Below, piece by piece: positions 57,315 through 64,000 of a DNA stretch of 64,000 bases. The position numbers and the translations under genes were made by a program. Origin of the DNA: Phycisphaerales bacterium. Lineage in GTDB: Bacteria; Planctomycetota; Phycisphaerae; Phycisphaerales; UBA5793. The notes beneath the pieces were generated by a model, which saw only the letters and a program-made list of their open reading frames with translations, made no database searches and had not been told where the DNA came from. The stretch is taken from assembly GCA_044229655.1 (NCBI GenBank), contig JBGASM010000013.1, positions 45 through 64,044 on the forward strand. The letters are read 5' to 3'. The first letter of the stretch is position 1; each line of letters begins with the position of its first letter.

Positions 57315-57782
57315 TCAGGCGGCATTCTCGACAGCGGCTTTGACAGCGGCGTAGTCGGGTTCCTTGCCGGCTTCCTCGGAAATCCAGGCGTAGGAGACTG
57401 TTCCCTTGGAGTCGATGACGAAGGCGGCGCGCTTGGAGACGCCCTTCATGCCCAGGAAGTCGGGGTAGAACGCGCCGTAGGCCTGGCTGGCGGCCTTGTT
57501 GAAGTCGGAGAGGATGGGGAAAGGGATGTTGTTGTCGGCGCGGAACTTGTCGGTGACGAAAGGGCTGTCGACGGAGATGCCGAAGACTTTTGCGCCGAGC
57601 TTGCTCCAGGCGGACCAGTCATCGCGCATGGCGCACATTTCCTTGGTGCAGACGGAGGAGAAGGCGAGCGGGAAGAAGAGGAGGACGACTTTCTCCTTGC
57701 CGATGTGGTTGGCGAGGTCGACTTCCTCGCGGATCTTGGGAGCCAGTTTGAAGGCGGGGGCTTTGTCGCCGGTTTTGATCAT
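57315..57782 (-). CDS. Peroxiredoxin (AhpC/TSA; AhpE/BCP-like)
   Basis: GDKAPAF, FFPLAFSSVCTKEMC, GISVDSPF, LSDFN, KRAAFVID. Confidence 0.93.
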   Translation of the reverse strand: MIKTGDKAPAFKLAPKIREEVDLANHIGKEKVVLLFFPLAFSSVCTKEMCAMRDDWSAWSKLGAKVFGISVDSPFVTDKFRADNNIPFPILSDFNKAASQAYGAFYPDFLGMKGVSKRAAFVIDSKGTVSYAWISEEAGKEPDYAAVKAAVENAA

Positions 57783-57901
57783 GGGGAGTCCTTTGAGGGG
57801 ATATGTTGGTGGGGAAGTGCGCCCGTGCACACGAGCGTGCAGAGCGCGAAGCGGATTCTAGTGCGTGTCGGCGTGGAGGGCAGCGCCACGGGGGCGACGG
57901 G

Positions 57902-59119
57902 TCAAGTGCCAGCCGGCGCAGGCGTCACGGGCGGGGCGGAGCGAGGCGAGGAGGTCCAGCCGCATTCGGGGCAGATGCGAGCGCGGGTCTTGTAGATTGG
58001 GTAGGAGCAATTGGGGCAGAGAGGCTCCTCGATCTTGACGGAGATCCTGAGGCTGCAGGCGGAGCATTCGACGTCGCCGGGGTTGACCACTTGGTGGGTG
58101 AAACAGCGCGGACACTCGAGAGCGATGGTGTATTTGACGCCTTCGACTGCATCGGCGAGGGAACGTTTGTTCATGGCGGCCAGGACGGCGACGGCGAGGA
58201 TGGCGCAGGTGGTGGCGATGCCGGAAGCGCCGAGGAGGCGGCCGATGCCATCGTCAAAAGAGCCGTAGCCGGAGGTGCCGACATAGACAGCGGCGACGAC
58301 GAGGCAGCAAGTCGCCAGGCCGGAGACGATGGTGAGGTAGGAGACCCAGCGCTGTTCTTCGCGGAGTTTGACGAGGAGGATCAGGTTGGTGAAAGCGATG
58401 AAGGCACAAAGGGAACTCAGGGCGGTCAGCAGTGTGGCCAGGAATTCGTCTGTTCCGCGGTAATTCCAGATTCCGTACCACGCGAGCGCGAAGCCGGCGA
58501 GGGCCGCAAGAATGCCGATCCAGCGCCAGGGGCGGCTGTCACCGCGGGTGAATCCGACGAGGCACATGACGATGCCTGCGCCGTAGAGCCAGTAGGCGGC
58601 GAGGGTTCCCTGGAAGTGGCCGATGAGTTCCCATCCGTCGGTTGATGACCGGGTGATGAGGGAGTCAAGCCAGATAAGAGCCAGATAGGCGAGGATGGAG
58701 GTGGAGGCGAAGAAGAGCATAACGCCAGAAGCGACGATGCCGCCGCCGGACTCGCGAATGCGGACGGAGATGGTGAGGGCCAGGCCGCCCAGCGCGGTGA
58801 CGGCGAGGGTGAGCCAGAGATTCTCGGAAAGGGAAGAGAAGCCGCGGATGAGAATGTTGATCCAGAGTGCGGAGGAGCCGACGAGGAAGGAGAGGATGAT
58901 GGTGACGAGAGCCACCATGCCGGACGAGCGCGTTTTCGGGTCGGCAATCATGCGGCTGACGGGCATCATGAGGCCGGTGCAGATGGCGGTGAGGACGCCC
59001 ATGCCGACGAAGACTTCCCAGTTGTTCATGCCGCCGCCGAGGATGGCGACAGCGCCGGCCACGGCGGTGAGGATGATGGCCAGGAGCATGATGCGGAAGG
59101 AGATCTTGCGCAGATCCAT
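57902..59119 (-). CDS. Polytopic membrane protein with C-terminal double zinc ribbon
   Basis: About 10-11 hydrophobic segments then CPRC...CSAC and CPNCSY...CPECG. Confidence 0.85.
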   Translation of the reverse strand: MDLRKISFRIMLLAIILTAVAGAVAILGGGMNNWEVFVGMGVLTAICTGLMMPVSRMIADPKTRSSGMVALVTIILSFLVGSSALWINILIRGFSSLSENLWLTLAVTALGGLALTISVRIRESGGGIVASGVMLFFASTSILAYLALIWLDSLITRSSTDGWELIGHFQGTLAAYWLYGAGIVMCLVGFTRGDSRPWRWIGILAALAGFALAWYGIWNYRGTDEFLATLLTALSSLCAFIAFTNLILLVKLREEQRWVSYLTIVSGLATCCLVVAAVYVGTSGYGSFDDGIGRLLGASGIATTCAILAVAVLAAMNKRSLADAVEGVKYTIALECPRCFTHQVVNPGDVECSACSLRISVKIEEPLCPNCSYPIYKTRARICPECGWTSSPRSAPPVTPAPAGT

Positions 59120-59224
59120 GTGGGAGCCTTGCGAAGGGGGAAGGAGGCAAAGAAAACAGGCCGTGTTCCGGCTGGGACACGGCCTGAGTGGGTTCTCAAG
59201 GAGCGATCAGGCGCGGAGGAAGAA

Positions 59225-59971
59225 TCACATGTAGAGACCGCCGTTGACGTTGATTTCCTGGCCGGTGATGTAGGAGGCCTGGGGCGAAGCGAGGAAGACC
59301 ACGGCGGCGGCGACTTCCTCGGGATTGCCGAAGCGGCCGACGGGCGTGTCATTGGCGATCTTGTCGCGGATGGCTTCGGGGACTTTGGCGGTCATGTCGG
59401 TGGTGATGAAGCCTGGGGCGACGCAGTTGACGGTGATTCCCTTGCGAGCGACTTCCTTGGCGAGGGACTTGGTGAGGGCGATGAGGCCTGACTTGGCGGC
59501 GGAGTAGTTGGATTGGCCGAAGTTTCCGGTCTGGCCGATGATGGAGGTGATGTTGATGATGCGGCCCCAGCCGGACTCGACCATCTTGCCGAGCATGGCA
59601 TGGGTGATGAGGGCAGGCCCGGTGAGATTGACGGCCATGACCTCCTCCCACTGCTCGCGGGTCATCTTGGCGAAGGTGCGGTCGCGCGTGATGCCGGCGT
59701 TATTGACGAGGATCTGAACGATGCCGAAGTCATCATTGATCTGGGAGAGCATGGCGCGGTTTTCTTCGTCGACGGCGATGTTGGCCTTATAGCACTTGGC
59801 TTTGCGGCCGCGTTCCTGGACGAGTTTGGCGACTTCCTCGGCAGGGCCGTGGGAGGTGGAGTAGTTGACGCAGACGTTGCAGCCGGCGTCAGCCATGGCG
59901 AGGGCGATGGCGCGGCCAATGCCGCGGGCGGCACCGGTGACAAGACAGGTTTTGCCTTCGAGCGGAAGCAT
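59225..59971 (-). CDS. 3-oxoacyl-ACP / acetoacetyl-CoA reductase (FabG/PhaB-like SDR)
   Basis: TGAARGIG, NNAGITRD, GQTGNFGQSNYSAAKSG, VAPGFITTDM, NVNGGLYM. Confidence 0.92.
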   Translation of the reverse strand: MLPLEGKTCLVTGAARGIGRAIALAMADAGCNVCVNYSTSHGPAEEVAKLVQERGRKAKCYKANIAVDEENRAMLSQINDDFGIVQILVNNAGITRDRTFAKMTREQWEEVMAVNLTGPALITHAMLGKMVESGWGRIINITSIIGQTGNFGQSNYSAAKSGLIALTKSLAKEVARKGITVNCVAPGFITTDMTAKVPEAIRDKIANDTPVGRFGNPEEVAAAVVFLASPQASYITGQEINVNGGLYM

Positions 59972-60363
59972 GAGTGAACCCCTTTGAGGTAGTGGCGGGG
60001 AATGCTACCGCGTGGTGGAAGGAGGGCCATGCGGCCGAGGGCAGTTGAATGCGGACGCGCGGCTGGGAACCTGGGCAATATGTGCGGATTCGGGATTCAA
60101 ATGGACGGTGGGAAGGGCGTGTGATCGAGTGTTGAGGGTGGTGACGGTGGGCGAAGGGTGGCATACTGTTGGATTCGAGTGCGTCGGGTGGAGACCGTCG
60201 AACTCAAGGAAGGCTGGAGAAGATTTCCTTCGCGGTCGGCAGGTATTGACGCTGGAGCGACTTCAGGTGTCGCGCTGGTGTCGGTATCACTGGAGTCGAC
60301 GGCTGTAGGTGAAGTCAGATTCTGCGCGTGGGACAGGACAAGCAGCGAACGAGGAGAATTGAG

Positions 60364-62229
60364 ATGGTTCAGAGGCAAGAGCTGAGCGTGGGAATTGTGC
60401 GCGGGCATTGGGGGCCGATCGGGTTGGCGGCGGCCCTTGCGTGCGCGGGAAGCGCGCAAGCGCAGTGGCCCAAGTTTGACGCGACGGCCAACGTGTTCAA
60501 GTTTCAGGGCGAGGCCGCAGGCGACAAGTTAGGGAACCGGGTGTTTGCCATCGGGGACATCACCTACGACGGCATCACGGATTACCTGGCGTCGGCGCGG
60601 TACACGGACTTCGGCGCGCTGGATGCGGGGTCGGTGTATCTGTATTCGGGCGCGGATGGCGCGCTGATTCAGAGGCTGGATGGGGAGGGAGCGTTCGACG
60701 AGTTCGGACACCGCTGCGATGCGCTGGGGGACTTGAATGATGACGGAGCGGCGGATTTTGTCGTGGCGGCGTTCCGACATGATGGAGCACAGGTCGATTC
60801 GGGGCGGGTGTATGTGTATTCCGGGGCCGACCGAACAACGCTGTACGTGCTGGAAGGGGTTGGGAATGAGCAGTTGGGGCATGATCTTGAGATCATGCCG
60901 GATGTGGACGGGGACGGGAAGAAGGAGTTGCTGCTGGGGGCGTATCGAAACGACGAGGCCGGGAACTCGGCAGGGGCTGCGTACATGATCTCGGGGGCGA
61001 GCGGGGCGGTTCTGGCGGAGTGGCACGGCGAGCACGACGACGACTGGTTTGGATATCGCGTTGCGCCGGTGGGTGATGTGGATGAAGACGGGGTGTGCGA
61101 TGTCGCGGTGGGGGCGAAGCATGACGATGACGGCGGGGCGGATGCGGGAAAGGCGTATGTCTTTTCCGGGGCGACGCACGGATTGATCTATTCGTGGGTG
61201 GGGGAGAGCGGCGGAGACAATTTCGGCGAGCGCATTGAGACGGCGGGCGATGTGGACCGCGACGGGTGGCCTGACATCCTGATCAGCGCGCTGGAGTATT
61301 CATCGCGGGGGGCGCAGACGGGGAAGGTGTATCTGTACTCGGGGCGTAACGGCGCGCGGATGAACACCTACACAGGCGAGTCGGGAGGCGGGCTGCTGGG
61401 AGACCGGATTGGGACGCTTGGTGATGTGAACGGCGACGGCTACGACGATTTCTTCATGTCCGCGCCGAACTATTCGAGCGGAGGGCTGCCGCAGCGCGGG
61501 AAGTTGTATGTCTACAAAGGCGCGCAGGGGAGTTCGCAGCGGCAGAGCACGCTGTACACGAAACTGGGCGAGTCGGAGTACGACCACTACGGGAAGACCG
61601 TGTATGCGTGCGGCGATGCGAACGGGAACGGGACGCGGGACCTGATGGTCGGAGTGCAGTATGCCAACGGCGGCGGAAACGACGCGGGGCGTGTGCACAT
61701 TCTCAATGGAATGAACGGGCGAGTGTTCTGCACGATTGACGGGGAATTGGCGGGTGACAGTTTCGGGTACTCTGCGAATTTTGGTGGAGACCTGAACGCC
61801 GACGGGTTGCCAGAGGTTTGTTTCGGGGCGGTGTCGGGGGACAGCGGCCTGGGCTTTGAGCGCGGCAAGGCGTATGTGTTCCGGACATATCCGGTGTACA
61901 TCGGTTCGGACGACATGCGTGTGGGGGAGTGGGCGAGCATTTATGTGACCGGCGCACGGGCAAATGAGCTGGTGGAGTATTACATGAGTCTGGCGGGGGC
62001 CGGCGCGGGGCAACTGGTCAACGGCGCGGGCGGTTTGTCGCTGGACATTCTGCCTCCTGCGTATTTTGCAGGGTCAGTGCGTGCGAATCAGTACGGCGAG
62101 GCGGTGTTGAAGCGGCGTGGTCCGCGGGTCCAGGTGAATCGAATCTACCTGCAAGCGATTGTGAAGCGGGGGACGGACGGAGCAGACTCGGTAAAGTCGA
62201 ATGTGTACGCCGCCCCGATCGCACAATAG
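60364..62229 (+). CDS. Secreted integrin-alpha/FG-GAP repeat protein with C-terminal ~100-aa module
   Basis: GAGGAG SD; signal ending AQA-Q; repeated GDxxxDGxxD...G.VY.YSG units; C-terminal TGARANE...IYLQAI...VKSNV. Confidence 0.92.
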   Translation: MVQRQELSVGIVRGHWGPIGLAAALACAGSAQAQWPKFDATANVFKFQGEAAGDKLGNRVFAIGDITYDGITDYLASARYTDFGALDAGSVYLYSGADGALIQRLDGEGAFDEFGHRCDALGDLNDDGAADFVVAAFRHDGAQVDSGRVYVYSGADRTTLYVLEGVGNEQLGHDLEIMPDVDGDGKKELLLGAYRNDEAGNSAGAAYMISGASGAVLAEWHGEHDDDWFGYRVAPVGDVDEDGVCDVAVGAKHDDDGGADAGKAYVFSGATHGLIYSWVGESGGDNFGERIETAGDVDRDGWPDILISALEYSSRGAQTGKVYLYSGRNGARMNTYTGESGGGLLGDRIGTLGDVNGDGYDDFFMSAPNYSSGGLPQRGKLYVYKGAQGSSQRQSTLYTKLGESEYDHYGKTVYACGDANGNGTRDLMVGVQYANGGGNDAGRVHILNGMNGRVFCTIDGELAGDSFGYSANFGGDLNADGLPEVCFGAVSGDSGLGFERGKAYVFRTYPVYIGSDDMRVGEWASIYVTGARANELVEYYMSLAGAGAGQLVNGAGGLSLDILPPAYFAGSVRANQYGEAVLKRRGPRVQVNRIYLQAIVKRGTDGADSVKSNVYAAPIAQ

Positions 62230-62321
62230 ATGACGCAACAATCTGATTTGTAGGTGGTTACGAACTGGATGCCTCGGGCCTCTCGGGAGGGCTGATCCGC
62301 GTTTTCATTTTTGTAAAAAGT

Positions 62322-62387
62322 TTGGTATTTGCCCTTGACAAATACCGAAAACGTGTCATCCTATCAGAAACCGAACTCTGTTTCTGA
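62322..62387 (+). promoter_or_regulatory. recA promoter with overlapping palindromes
   Basis: TTGACA (62335-62340), 16 nt, TG-extended CATCCT. Inverted repeats TTGGTATTTG/CAAATACCGA and TCAGAAAC-N8-GTTTCTGA. Confidence 0.65.
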
Positions 62388-62401
62388 AAGGTGGCCAGAC
62401 T

Positions 62402-63751
<1,350 letters not shown>

Positions 63752-63770
63752 GGAAGCGCGGCGGCTGCTG

Positions 63771-64000
63771 CTACATTTCCTTGACGCGCGCGAGGCGGTC
63801 GACCAGGTCGCTATACGAGCCGCTGATGGCTTCGCCCAAAATGGGGGCGAAGGCGGAGCGGAGGTCGGCGATCTCTTCGTGACAGCGCTTCACATTCCAT
63901 TTGCGGGAGCAGAGCGCTTCAAACTCGATGAAACAGCCAAGGCTTTCGACCTCGTCGAGGTGGATGCGGACGTTTTCGATCATGTATATTTCGCGACGCT
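63771..64000 (-). CDS. CYTH domain protein (class IV adenylate cyclase-like), truncated at window edge
   Basis: RREIYMIENVRIHLDEVESLGCFIEFEA and terminal SYSDL; frame open to the window end. Confidence 0.85.
   Translation of the reverse strand, partial: RREIYMIENVRIHLDEVESLGCFIEFEALCSRKWNVKRCHEEIADLRSAFAPILGEAISGSYSDLVDRLARVKEM

Noticed and set aside
59972..60363. tRNA or ncRNA in the long intergenic region
   Set aside because: TTCGA/TTCAA-like words are present but there is no cloverleaf, acceptor stem or recognisable riboswitch core.

Overview
High-GC bacterial chromosomal window, most likely Planctomycetota (Phycisphaerae-like). That call is an inference from the L28 sequence type, nusA-infB-rbfA without rimP, scattered nuoD/accA, many FG-GAP exoproteins and CPECG zinc-ribbon membrane proteins. 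It carries about 50 CDSs: housekeeping genes (rpmB, nusA, infB, rbfA, phoH-family, rmuC, ispD, gdhA, ahcY, nuoD, accA, recA), redox enzymes, a MacAB-TolC plus ABC-2 export cluster, a DUF433/DUF5615 toxin-antitoxin pair and several secreted beta-propeller proteins. I found no rRNA, tRNA, transposase, integrase or CRISPR array. Two observations stand out. (1) The + strand flips from strongly C-rich to strongly G-rich at about 38.8-42.3 kb, regardless of gene orientation. That interval holds nine palindromic YTCCGGAR cores at an exact 21-bp period, six A-tracts at an exact 10-bp period, tandem hairpin repeats, a G-quadruplex motif and a low-GC orphan gene with integron-cassette-like ends. It is a candidate non-canonical replication origin/terminus or chromosome-organising locus. 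(2) Five dispersed secreted proteins share an unnamed ~100-aa module (TGA...hQA...SN), C-terminal in four of them, which suggests a lineage-specific sorting or anchoring domain. All family calls come from visual motif recognition; no database search was run.
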